From the IMG/VR virus record IMGVR_UViG_3300042691_005779: DNA of 64,000 bases. One strand, 5' to 3'. The notes beneath the pieces were generated by a model. The model was not told the origin of the DNA, made no database searches, and saw nothing but the letters and a program-made list of their open reading frames with translations. This DNA comes from a virus (Duplodnaviria; Heunggongvirae; Uroviricota; Caudoviricetes). Shown piece by piece: positions 47,617-55,837 of this stretch. Made by a program: the position numbers and the translations under genes. Within the stretch, counting starts at the first letter, position 1. Each line of letters starts with the position of its first letter.

Positions 47617-49655
47617 TATGAAAACAATTTATTGCGTTTATATTTATTTTTTGATCTTCCAAACATATCACCTCTAGCATCAGTGAAAAGCACATTGCCT
47701 CTTTTCTTCTTAAACATAGATGTCACTCTTTCATCTGATGTACCTCCTATCTTTCCCATAATTGGATCCATCTTTAGAGCCTGTGCTATGGCAAGTTCAG
47801 CAGCTACAATTCTATCGAAGTTACCTTGGTCATTATACTGAATAACTTCTTCTAGTAACACAGGATCAAATATCTTGCTCACACCTAACACTTCTCTAAC
47901 CACTTCACCAGCTTCATTTGTCTCTTTGAATATGGCATTTTCCATATACTTCTTAAGACACGTGTGAAGATAGTCAATAATCTTCTCTGATGAACGATGG
48001 ATACCATAATCTCTTTTTACAGTGGTGTTTGGTACAATCTCTTTCAGCCATTCAGGTTGTTTCTCTAAATAATGAGCATCCCCTTTAGCTTTCATATATT
48101 CAATGAAGGATATATCATCATTCTCACACAAGGTTCTAGCGTTGTAATACTTGATAAGTAGGCGAGCTTGTTCTTCCCAAGTTTCTTTCTTATCAGGTCT
48201 TGCACAATACGAAGCTACGAACATATCCTGATATTTCTCACCAGTAATTTCATGCATCCTCTTATATATGTATACAGACCCTAGTGAACTTGAATAAGCA
48301 GATTTACCTTGTCTGTATGGATCGACCCCAGCTACGTACAATCCATAAGGAGGATTGTCTATTGGGAATTCATATATTACGACAGGTGCATCTTTCTGAT
48401 CTGAGTTTTTCAGAGGGAAGTTTGTAATAGGAAGCTTGTCTGTAAACTCATGTTTTATAACTCCTTCATCATTAAACAACACAACAGGAGTACCTGTTCT
48501 TTCTTGTTGTAACAATCTATTCTTCTGTCTCTTAGCTATCTCAATATCAAAGATGTTTGTATCCTCATTTAAAAAGATGTCATCCACCTCCATTGGGTAG
48601 TACATCTTTTCTTTTAAATAGGCTATTCTATCTCCAGCTTTCTTAAGCCTGGTCAAGTTATCATTGGTTATTTGAAGAGCTTTTTCTTCATTGCTGACAA
48701 GCATCTTCACCTGATGTAGGTCTGAACTTAATGGTTGATCTAGATATTCTCCTAGTGTGGAGTCTTCCTTAGCTTCCATTCTATACTTTGCTGGGATGAA
48801 CAAGCCATGAACACGTTTGTCATCCTTATCATTATTGTATGTAAGGAAGTTAAAGTTGTCTACGTCAAACATCAAGCTCTTGGCATCCATGAATTTCTTC
48901 ATGTCACCACCTGTACCTGTAAGGATGGGGCTACATCCCCAACCAAATGGTGTGGTAAAACCTGGAATTGCAGCTTGTAATCCACGTAAGAAGTTACCTT
49001 TACCTATCTCATCAATGATGAGCTTTCTAGGTTTTGTACCTGCGATGGCTTCCTCATTGTTACCTTCATCAAGGTTACGTATTAGAATGGAAGAGAATGG
49101 GATACGTTCTCCACTCTTGGTTTTTATACCTAGTGTAACCTGGTTTTTCCAGTTATCCTCAATTCTCTGCCATCTCCAATACTCAGGGATGAAATTCAAC
49201 CCTTTGTCAATCTTATCAGTAATCAGTTTAATATCTGGGGCATTTAAGCCTGCAATGATATTCTGACTGTTTTCATCAAAGGTTGCACCCCATGCAATAT
49301 AGGATGCTTCTAAAACTGACTTGGCAAAACGTCTAATACCTAGAATGACTAAGCCTCTTTTATCTTTTTGAGCTCTGTCAATTTCGTTTGTCACAAGCCA
49401 TTCATTATCTCTCAATAGGGGATTGGCATATTTCTGTGCAATCCTTCCATAACTATCAATTACATCCACCTCTGTGTGCCAGATGTTTAGGTGCCAATAA
49501 AGAAAGGGGTTAATATAAACCCCACCCATCATTGCACCATTTAAACAAAGATCCTTATGAAAATCATGAAAGGGTTTGCACTCTTCACTATTTCTATCAG
49601 GGATCCTTTTCTGGTTAATGAACCAATCCTTATAGTCTATAGTTTGTATGTTCAT
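47616..49655 (-). CDS. terL: Terminase large subunit (679 aa)
   Basis: Walker-B-like KPRKLIIDEIGKG. C-terminal RNaseH-like nuclease signature YVAGVDPYRQGKSAYSS. Position upstream of the portal gene. Confidence 0.7.
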   Translation of the reverse strand: MNIQTIDYKDWFINQKRIPDRNSEECKPFHDFHKDLCLNGAMMGGVYINPFLYWHLNIWHTEVDVIDSYGRIAQKYANPLLRDNEWLVTNEIDRAQKDKRGLVILGIRRFAKSVLEASYIAWGATFDENSQNIIAGLNAPDIKLITDKIDKGLNFIPEYWRWQRIEDNWKNQVTLGIKTKSGERIPFSSILIRNLDEGNNEEAIAGTKPRKLIIDEIGKGNFLRGLQAAIPGFTTPFGWGCSPILTGTGGDMKKFMDAKSLMFDVDNFNFLTYNNDKDDKRVHGLFIPAKYRMEAKEDSTLGEYLDQPLSSDLHQVKMLVSNEEKALQITNDNLTRLKKAGDRIAYLKEKMYYPMEVDDIFLNEDTNIFDIEIAKRQKNRLLQQERTGTPVVLFNDEGVIKHEFTDKLPITNFPLKNSDQKDAPVVIYEFPIDNPPYGLYVAGVDPYRQGKSAYSSSLGSVYIYKRMHEITGEKYQDMFVASYCARPDKKETWEEQARLLIKYYNARTLCENDDISFIEYMKAKGDAHYLEKQPEWLKEIVPNTTVKRDYGIHRSSEKIIDYLHTCLKKYMENAIFKETNEAGEVVREVLGVSKIFDPVLLEEVIQYNDQGNFDRIVAAELAIAQALKMDPIMGKIGGTSDERVTSMFKKKRGNVLFTDARGDMFGRSKNKYKRNKLFS

Positions 49656-49984
49656 CGTCTATTTTTAAGGAACTCTTCAGCTGCTCCAGATAACTCACCC
49701 TTACCTCTAATCTCCACCTTAGCTTCTTCAGCACTCCTTAACTTATCTACCACCTCTACTAAGGCTAAGTAGTTTTTCATTGTTTCTTGTACAAATTTAC
49801 CTTGTGCTTCAATAGAGGCTATGACCATAGGTAACATTCCTCCTTTAGCTGTAGGTTTCCACTCAATTCTGTCTTTCAGTTCATGTAGTGGGTTTGCATC
49901 AACATAAGCTTTCCATGAAACAAGCTGTGATTCAGCCCATTCAAGCTCTGTATTTATATATGTAGTTTTTTTAATAGCTGCCAT
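49652..49984 (-). CDS. Hypothetical protein, 110 aa (possible terminase small subunit)
   Basis: ORF with ATGA overlap onto terL; no motif evidence. Confidence 0.35.
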   Translation of the reverse strand: MAAIKKTTYINTELEWAESQLVSWKAYVDANPLHELKDRIEWKPTAKGGMLPMVIASIEAQGKFVQETMKNYLALVEVVDKLRSAEEAKVEIRGKGELSGAAEEFLKNRR

Positions 49985-50258
49985 CTTCTTCCTCCTCTTC
50001 TTTTAGAATGTTATCAAGATCCATACCTTCTTTGATAATTCTGTCTAGTTCAGACTCATCTGTATGGGGGACATCCATCTCTATTTCAGACTTATATTTG
50101 CTAAGAGCAAATGCAAGTTCTTTATCTGTTATGCCCCAAATGTCACCATATCCATCAAGAGCTGTGGCTAAATGTCTTCCAATGTTGTATGTAGGAAAAC
50201 TTTTATGTAGTTCTTGTAGAATAGTAATGACTTCTATATATGGAGTCTTTTTACTCAT
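49971..50258 (-). CDS. Hypothetical protein, 95 aa, acidic C-terminus
   Basis: ORF. Confidence 0.35.
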   Translation of the reverse strand: MSKKTPYIEVITILQELHKSFPTYNIGRHLATALDGYGDIWGITDKELAFALSKYKSEIEMDVPHTDESELDRIIKEGMDLDNILKEEEEEDGSY

Positions 50259-50515
50259 ATCAATTGGTTTAAATCCTCGTCTGTTAGTTTTGGTTCTTTT
50301 ATCTGTAAGTCTAATGTCTCCTCAAATTTCTCAATAGTCTTTGCTCCTTCTTCTGTCATGTAGTCTTTTGTAAAGACAATGGCCATCTTGTCAAAGTCTT
50401 TACCAGGCACACCTGATATATCAATATAGTCTACCCCCTGGTTGTACAGGTCAACAAGCGTATCAATCAACTTGTCTAAAGGTATCTTCTCGATTCTCAC
50501 TTCTCTATTTTCCAT
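50255..50515 (-). CDS. Hypothetical acidic protein, 86 aa
   Basis: ORF; 4-nt overlaps on both sides. Confidence 0.35.
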   Translation of the reverse strand: MENREVRIEKIPLDKLIDTLVDLYNQGVDYIDISGVPGKDFDKMAIVFTKDYMTEEGAKTIEKFEETLDLQIKEPKLTDEDLNQLI

Positions 50516-50804
50516 AGACTTCTTTTTTAAGTGCCTCCTCTTCTTCCCTGTCAGACATTACAGCCTTCCATTTTTCAAGAGGACACTGGCAAGATAAGCA
50601 TTTTGTTTTAGCAGCTAACGTACAGCCACAGTCTGTGCAATGTACGTCAGGTCTGATGGTTTTATGTTTTGTAGATATCAAAGCACAGTCTTCACATATG
50701 GCCATTCTTTCCTCACTAACTTCCTTGATGTACTTTCTCATCTCCTTAGCAGGGAAAAGATTGTTCTTCCATCCCTCATATATTTGGGAAAAGCTAATCT
50801 TCAT
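50505..50804 (-). CDS. Zn-finger protein, 99 aa (CxxC x3)
   Basis: CEDCALIS ... CTDCGC ... CLSCQC. Confidence 0.45.
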   Translation of the reverse strand: MKISFSQIYEGWKNNLFPAKEMRKYIKEVSEERMAICEDCALISTKHKTIRPDVHCTDCGCTLAAKTKCLSCQCPLEKWKAVMSDREEEEALKKEVYGK

Positions 50805-51147
50805 GTGTAACTTTACTATTAAGCAGTTTAATTAATGCTTCTGTCTTTTCTAGTGTCACCTTAGATGCGTGCTTCTTTTGCTCTGTTGTATTTGGGTCAG
50901 CCAGGTAGCGTTCCATTGCTAGCTTTTTGCCAAGCAACGCTGCTATCTTCTTTTTGGCCTTCTTCTCATTGAAATAAAACTTCCCAAACCCAGAAATCTC
51001 AAGACTATTATGTAGGTCCATTGCCTCATTGGCAGATTGAAACTGATGATTTACAATGGTTTCAATCACCTTCTCAGAGACCATTATCTTCACTGCTAGG
51101 GTTCTGATAAGATAGTCTTTGACAGACATACTCACTGGCTTATCCAT
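50794..51147 (-). CDS. HU/IHF-family DNA-binding protein-like (117 aa)
   Basis: EKVIETIVNHQFQSANEAMDLHNSLEISGFGKFYFNEKKAKKK resembles the HU beta-arm region (GFG.F....R.AR). Confidence 0.5.
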   Translation of the reverse strand: MDKPVSMSVKDYLIRTLAVKIMVSEKVIETIVNHQFQSANEAMDLHNSLEISGFGKFYFNEKKAKKKIAALLGKKLAMERYLADPNTTEQKKHASKVTLEKTEALIKLLNSKVTHED

Positions 51148-51514
51148 GCAGCATACTTATTTGTAATATAATATCCTTGTCAAAGTTTAATAGTATGACA
51201 GGGTTCACCTTCACCTTTGTCCCATCCTTTACAAAAACCCCCATTTTCTTTAGCTTGGAAATGATGTTATTAATAGCTGGAGGTGTGCTGTCGTATTTGT
51301 CACAAAACTCCTTCCTTATATTAGCATAACTTATATTCCCCTTTATAGCTGTAAAAGCTATTAGCTGCACTTCCCTGTTTGTAAGCCTCAGATTGTTTAC
51401 AGCTGACAATAGCCTGTAATACTTCTCAGCTAGAGCATAGTTGTCTAACCCTGAAGTTTTCAGTCGCTGTACAATTGGTTGTGTTGGGTTGGTTTCCATA
51501 ATTAGTTGACACAC
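51140..51514 (-). CDS. HTH-like small protein, 124 aa (regulator or small-terminase candidate)
   Basis: ORF; LTNREVQLIAFTAIKGNISYANIRKEF helix-turn-helix-like segment. Confidence 0.35.
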   Translation of the reverse strand: MCQLIMETNPTQPIVQRLKTSGLDNYALAEKYYRLLSAVNNLRLTNREVQLIAFTAIKGNISYANIRKEFCDKYDSTPPAINNIISKLKKMGVFVKDGTKVKVNPVILLNFDKDIILQISMLHG

Positions 51515-51579
51515 AAAGGTATGTATATCTTTACGATCTACAAATAACTATTTTAGTTATAAGGAAAGTTAATGCTATA

Positions 51580-51828
51580 TTATGCATCAAATCTTCTGAA
51601 TACAGCTATAAAGCAAAACAAAAGGAGCCCTATTCTGAGCTCCTGTTCAAGACCACCTTCTGTAAGGGTGTAGTTTCTATTAGACACACCTAGCTCAAAG
51701 TTATTAAAGTCTGTAGGCATAAGTTCTACACCTATCTCCCATTCATCGAAATAGTAGAATCCCCATCCTATTACACCTATTATCATCAGCACCAGTGTAC
51801 CAACCAGTATTTGTACGACTATCATCAT
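51580..51828 (-). CDS. Small two-TM membrane protein (holin-like?), 82 aa from the first ATG; the track start at 51867 is a GTG
   Basis: The track ORF 51580..51867 starts on GTG. The ATG at 51828 gives MMIVVQILVGTLVLMIIGVIGWGFYYF ... LLLFCFIAVF. Its stop codon lies inside a copy of the recurring 15-nt motif. Confidence 0.3.
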   Translation of the reverse strand: MMIVVQILVGTLVLMIIGVIGWGFYYFDEWEIGVELMPTDFNNFELGVSNRNYTLTEGGLEQELRIGLLLFCFIAVFRRFDA

Positions 51829-51867
51829 ATCCAAGCTTCTTTGTCGAGGGAGGAGTTTATTCCCCAC

Positions 51868-52347
51868 CCTCCACCCTCAAAGGTAATGGTAATTAATATT
51901 ACCCACCAAATTTATTTTTATATGCCTACAAATATAATGTCCCTTATAAGGACCATATTATATGTATATGGGTATAATATGACACATTATGTAAAGCAAT
52001 AGCTTTACAATATGTAAAATAAGTAAAGCTATAGCTTGACACTTTTGGCAGAATATAGCTGTGTTATATCTTGCCAAATGTCTAGTTTATTTACTAAAAA
52101 ACTGGACAAATCAGGAAGTGAAACACAGCCAAATTAGGAAGTCTGCATGAATTTTTCCAAAATTTCATGCAATGTTCCATAATGGAACTATCCCCTGCTT
52201 TGGGCAACAAAATTTTCTAGCCCCCCTACCCCTTTTGTATGTATAGGAGGAGAGGGTACTTCCCATTGAAACCCCTCCTTGTTTTGATGAGGTTGGGATA
52301 CCCCTCCTCATTGCAATTAATCATTTCACAATTTAAAACGAAAAACA
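51868..52347. promoter_or_regulatory. Divergent control region between the minus-strand virion block and the plus-strand early block; dense in palindromes and iteron-like repeats (candidate promoters, operators or origin)
   Basis: GTAAAGCWATAGCTT direct repeats (51991-52008, 52023-52040); perfect palindromes AAGCTATAGCTT (52026-52037) and GTTCCATAATGGAAC (52174-52188); TGCATGAA-N12-TTCATGCA (52144-52171); ACCCCTCCT repeats (52271, 52300). Confidence 0.55.
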
Positions 52348-52782
52348 ATGGCATTTAAATTAGAAGCCTACGTAAGACAAAACTCAACAGTAGTAGATGA
52401 AAACCAAACTCCACTTGATGTGGCAGGTCCTAATGGCAGTCTCTCATTGAGCAAAAAGAACATCCTTGACATCAACAAGCAAGTTGCTTTGGAAATTGCT
52501 GATGGCACAACTGATGCTAATGGCAATCCTCACAAAAAATGGCTTGCTTGCTCTGTACCATTGAGTAAAGAGATTAGAAGAAAGTTTAAAGCAGGTGCTT
52601 CAATGCAACAAATCATTGACAGCATTGCTGCATTGAAGATTGTCTTCAAAACAGAGACACAACGTCATTGCTTATCATTGCCAGGCGAGAAGCAAATGTT
52701 CACAAGCCAAACAAAAGACATCAATGCTGTGGCTTTTGAAAGAAGCGAAGAGTTCTCACCAGAAGACCTTGTTCACCTGTAA
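52348..52782 (+). CDS. Early protein, 144 aa, function unknown; first gene of the plus block
   Basis: ORF with ATG start, followed by a strong terminator. Confidence 0.5.
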   Translation: MAFKLEAYVRQNSTVVDENQTPLDVAGPNGSLSLSKKNILDINKQVALEIADGTTDANGNPHKKWLACSVPLSKEIRRKFKAGASMQQIIDSIAALKIVFKTETQRHCLSLPGEKQMFTSQTKDINAVAFERSEEFSPEDLVHL

Positions 52783-52792
52783 GGGTGAATGT

Positions 52793-52832
52793 AACAAGAG
52801 AATAGGCTTAATTGCCTGTTCTCTTGTTTTCA
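52793..52832 (+). terminator. Rho-independent terminator (AACAAGAGAATAGGC-loop-GCCTGTTCTCTTGTT then TTTT)
   Basis: 15-bp stem with 1 mismatch; U-tract; 10 nt after the stop codon. Confidence 0.7.
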
Positions 52833-53303
52833 TATACATAGGGTGGGGCAAAATGATAATTGTTAGGGTTGGGCTCTGTTAAAAACATAACATAACACAT
52901 TGATTCTCAATATTTTATCTGTGAAAATGTGAGAAGGTGTGTGTTCAATTGACCCTTTCTTATACATTTTAACAACATTCAAAAACCAGCTATACATTAA
53001 CAATATATATAGCATTAAATAACAATATTATACATTATTAGATAACGATGCCTTAAAGTTTGACTATAAGCTATTATATGAGTTTTAGCCTTAGAAAGGT
53101 ATAGTCTTGGAACATTTGTTCTTGCATTGTTATCTATGTATGTATGTATATTATTAATATAATGTACCATTTCTATTTCCCAAGGATAGACAGATGTAAT
53201 GTACGTATTAAAACTAACGTCCTTTTGACCAGGTTGAAACAACCGTAGAATACATTACATCTGAGTACAGAGGGATTTTACACACATATTAAATAAAAAA
53301 CAC

Positions 53304-53726
53304 ATGAGAAACGCTAAACAAGAACTATTAAACGCAATGGGTTCAAGCATTACAGACCTTCGTTGTGCTACTATCACTTACAATCCATTCTATGATGAAA
53401 GACCAAAGAAGATGGTATTGAAAGAAGGTTATACACAGGCTGATTTAGATGAGTTTATATCTAAACTAGACTTTGAGTATGATGCTGGTTATGGCTCACA
53501 AGAGTTATTTGGTATGGTTTGGTTTAATGATGGTGCATGGATGGATAGATATGAGTATGATGGATCAGAATGTTGGGATTGGCATAAATATCCTTCTATT
53601 CCTGATGAGCTCAAGGAAGGAGCATTACCAGAACCAGATACAGACTATCCTGATGATTATGATGATATGATTAATCAGATGATAAATCAGGAGTATGATG
53701 AGAACAATCAGCCTGAACACGATTAA
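53304..53726 (+). CDS. Highly acidic small protein, 140 aa (DNA-mimic / anti-restriction candidate)
   Basis: C-terminal DELKEGALPEPDTDYPDDYDDMINQMINQEYDENNQPEHD; overall D/E-rich. Confidence 0.5.
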   Translation: MRNAKQELLNAMGSSITDLRCATITYNPFYDERPKKMVLKEGYTQADLDEFISKLDFEYDAGYGSQELFGMVWFNDGAWMDRYEYDGSECWDWHKYPSIPDELKEGALPEPDTDYPDDYDDMINQMINQEYDENNQPEHD

Positions 53727-53732
53727 ATAATA

Positions 53733-53788
53733 CATATCCTTTTGGATTAGCCTTCTACGCATACAAAAGGTAAAGGATATGTTTTTTT
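53733..53788 (+). terminator. Rho-independent terminator (CATATCCTTT ... AAAGGATATG + TTTTTTT)
   Basis: 10-bp perfect stem with a long loop containing an inner CTTTTG/CAAAAG pairing; T7 run. Confidence 0.6.
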
Positions 53789-53813
53789 ATAACACACATT
53801 AACACACAAACAC

Positions 53814-54077
53814 ATGAACAACGAAATTCAAACAGAATTAATGACATCTATGGCTGCTGCTGTACCACTTAAACACCTATTTAGGCAAGTGGAAATGGCT
53901 ATTAATGAGTATAAGAAAGATCCAACAGAGATGGCAGAGGATTATATAATCTTCACAATGCACATTGCTCTTATGGGACGTATTATACAAAAAGGTCATA
54001 GAACAAGCGAAGAGCTTAAACAAGACTTAATCAGTCAAGATCCAATTAACAATTTATTTAACATAAACAACAATTAA
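53814..54077 (+). CDS. Hypothetical early protein, 87 aa
   Basis: ORF with AACACAAACAC leader. Confidence 0.4.
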   Translation: MNNEIQTELMTSMAAAVPLKHLFRQVEMAINEYKKDPTEMAEDYIIFTMHIALMGRIIQKGHRTSEELKQDLISQDPINNLFNINNN

Positions 54078-54082
54078 CACAC

Positions 54083-54226
54083 ATGAAAAAGATTTTATTT
54101 ATTGCAATGGTAGCATTAGTTTTGTTATCATCATGCTCAGCTATTAGACAGACATTGTGTCCTTCAAACGATCCACAATACTTTTACAGAGCACAAGGAA
54201 CAAAACCATTTTATTACAAACGTTAA
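54083..54226 (+). CDS. Unlisted small lipoprotein, 47 aa (MKKILFIAMVALVLLSSCSAIRQTLCPSNDPQYFYRAQGTKPFYYKR)
   Basis: Own translation. Classical SPase-II signal with lipobox LLSSC. AACACAC leader immediately upstream. Confidence 0.5.
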   Translation: MKKILFIAMVALVLLSSCSAIRQTLCPSNDPQYFYRAQGTKPFYYKR

Positions 54227-54235
54227 TAACATATA

Positions 54236-54571
54236 ATGAAAAAGCTAAATATTATATTATCAGTGGTGCTATTTACATGCACCACTGTTTTACTCACTGT
54301 ATTACCAGTAGCAGTGAGTCTTGACCTTGGTCAATGGGCTGTCTTAGCATGTCTTATACTAATGGGTTATACAGGTGCTTATTTGTACTTTGATAACTAT
54401 GTTGATTTTATTATAAGAGAGCAAAGACATGATGTTCGTCAATCATATCAACAAGGTTATGGTTATGGATATGATATGGGACATTATGATGGATATAGAG
54501 AAGGTAGAAGTGATAAAGTAGAAGAACAATTAAAGAAACAAACAAATGAAAGTAACAAAGAGATTTTATAA
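54236..54571 (+). CDS. Two-TM membrane protein with a GYGYGYD repeat, 111 aa
   Basis: Two hydrophobic helices, then QQGYGYGYDMGHYDGY. Confidence 0.45.
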   Translation: MKKLNIILSVVLFTCTTVLLTVLPVAVSLDLGQWAVLACLILMGYTGAYLYFDNYVDFIIREQRHDVRQSYQQGYGYGYDMGHYDGYREGRSDKVEEQLKKQTNESNKEIL

Positions 54572-54953
54572 AGAGAATGGAATGTGGTATATAGACCTAC
54601 CAGAGTTTTTAGAGGCAGGATTAGGCACAAAAAACAACCTATTAATGGTTGCAGGTGCTGATACACTATTAAATATACTCACTGATGATGGTACAGAAGC
54701 AGTGATAGAATTTGGTGATGAGAGATTTGATGGCTGTAATGTACAATTAGATATGAATGAAATGGGTAAAGACCAAGCCTTATTAGATGCTGTTGGACAT
54801 GCACCTGTTGATTATGGTGCATATTACAGTGCATATAATACACAATGGCTTGGATATGAATTCAAGTTATCTAGTGTATGGTTGTGTCCTGTCACTGAGT
54901 ATGTATTTGGTGGTAAGTATCCTGAACGTATATACCTCAGGGTTGTGAAATAA
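54546..54953 (+). CDS. Hypothetical protein, 135 aa (alternative start at 54582)
   Basis: ORF; the 5-prime end overlaps the previous gene by 26 nt. Confidence 0.4.
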   Translation: MKVTKRFYKENGMWYIDLPEFLEAGLGTKNNLLMVAGADTLLNILTDDGTEAVIEFGDERFDGCNVQLDMNEMGKDQALLDAVGHAPVDYGAYYSAYNTQWLGYEFKLSSVWLCPVTEYVFGGKYPERIYLRVVK

Positions 54954-54989
54954 AATTAGTGTTTGTTTAATATGTGTGTTTGAAATGAG

Positions 54990-55015
54990 GACTCTGCTTC
55001 CCCCAGCAGGGTCCA
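54990..55015 (+). other. GC-rich hairpin GGAC-CTGCT-tccccc-AGCAG-GTCC after gene 54546..54953
   Basis: Inverted repeat seen directly; no U-tract. Confidence 0.3.
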
Positions 55016-55046
55016 TCATTACTCATTACATTAAAATGATACAAAT

Positions 55047-55586
55047 ATGTTTATATTAGCCAAATTAGTATTCAAATCATATCTGCCTGAGGAATTAAAA
55101 CCAGGCATGTGGTTTGTATCAAAGCACAGAGATGTGGTGTATGGTACAATACATGAGTATCTGCGTGTACACCAATTACAGACAGTTCCTCAGGATATGG
55201 ACAGCTACATTGCAAATAATGGAGCACCTGTTGAACTATATATTGTCCAACCAATGGTCAATGCTGATGATGTAGAAGAGATCTTGGCATTCCCTAATCA
55301 AATAGGATGGTGGGATGATGAAGACTCAGATCACATAGAAGACTTGTCTGTAGCTATAATAAACAAAAACATATATGGTGAGAATGGTGAGAATGGACTA
55401 ATAGCATTATATGTTGATGATTATGTTAGACAGCCAATATTAGTAGAAGGTCAAGTTGTTATTAGAGATTCATATGCTGTAGATGAAGTGAAGGAAGAGA
55501 AAGATGATGAGATGTGGGACGATATGGATGATAATGATAACGATGACTATAATAAAGAGTATTATGAAGACCATAACACAGAATAG
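55047..55586 (+). CDS. Protein with an extremely acidic C-terminal tail, 179 aa
   Basis: KEEKDDEMWDDMDDNDNDDYNKEYYEDHNTE. Confidence 0.45.
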   Translation: MFILAKLVFKSYLPEELKPGMWFVSKHRDVVYGTIHEYLRVHQLQTVPQDMDSYIANNGAPVELYIVQPMVNADDVEEILAFPNQIGWWDDEDSDHIEDLSVAIINKNIYGENGENGLIALYVDDYVRQPILVEGQVVIRDSYAVDEVKEEKDDEMWDDMDDNDNDDYNKEYYEDHNTE

Positions 55587-55749
55587 TGTTGTTAAAAAAG
55601 TGTTAAACTTGTTATACAAGGATAAAGCACTCAATGAGCAACCATTAAAGCTTGAGATAAAGCTTAGGTCTACTGCCACACCAGATGAGCAGCTGGACAT
55701 AAATCAATGGCATCAGTTAATTCATGATATGAATAACAAAAAAAGTTAG
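55564..55749 (+). CDS. Small hypothetical protein, 61 aa (track ORF 55504..55749 trimmed to the in-frame ATG)
   Basis: Followed 30 nt later by a strong terminator. Confidence 0.3.
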   Translation: MKTITQNSVVKKVLNLLYKDKALNEQPLKLEIKLRSTATPDEQLDINQWHQLIHDMNNKKS

Positions 55750-55778
55750 ACGTGGAATAGTGGTTAGTTAGTAAAGAC

Positions 55779-55825
55779 AAGGCCCTGCAGAAATGTGGGG
55801 CCTTTATTATTTATTTATTTATTTA
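55779..55825 (+). terminator. Rho-independent terminator (AAGGCCC-loop-GGGCCTT + TTATTATTTATTTATTTATTT)
   Basis: 7-bp GC stem; long T-rich tract; the track start codon 55793 lies inside this structure. Confidence 0.65.
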
Positions 55826-55837
55826 AAACACAAACAT

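Noticed and set aside
18915-50337. Other antisense or alternate-frame ORFs inside structural genes (e.g. 18915..19334, 20641..20898, 25157..25484, 29296..29937, 43574..44027, 45848..46147, 48817..49266, 50008..50337)
   Set aside because: Same reasoning: each overlaps a longer co-linear gene with recognisable features.
52200-52347. Bacteroidota sigma-A promoter (TTTG at -33 / TAnnTTTG at -7) upstream of the first early gene
   Set aside because: TTTG elements are present (CCTTTTGTATG, CCTTGTTTTG), but none has the TA-N2-TTTG arrangement at a sensible distance from the ATG. Left as unresolved rather than called.
55793-55837. Track start codon at 55793 for ORF 55793..56119
   Set aside because: The first 15 codons (MWGLYYLFIYLKHKH) are the GC stem and T-tract of the terminator at 55779-55825. 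The ATG at 55838, with an AACACAAACAT leader, is the credible start.
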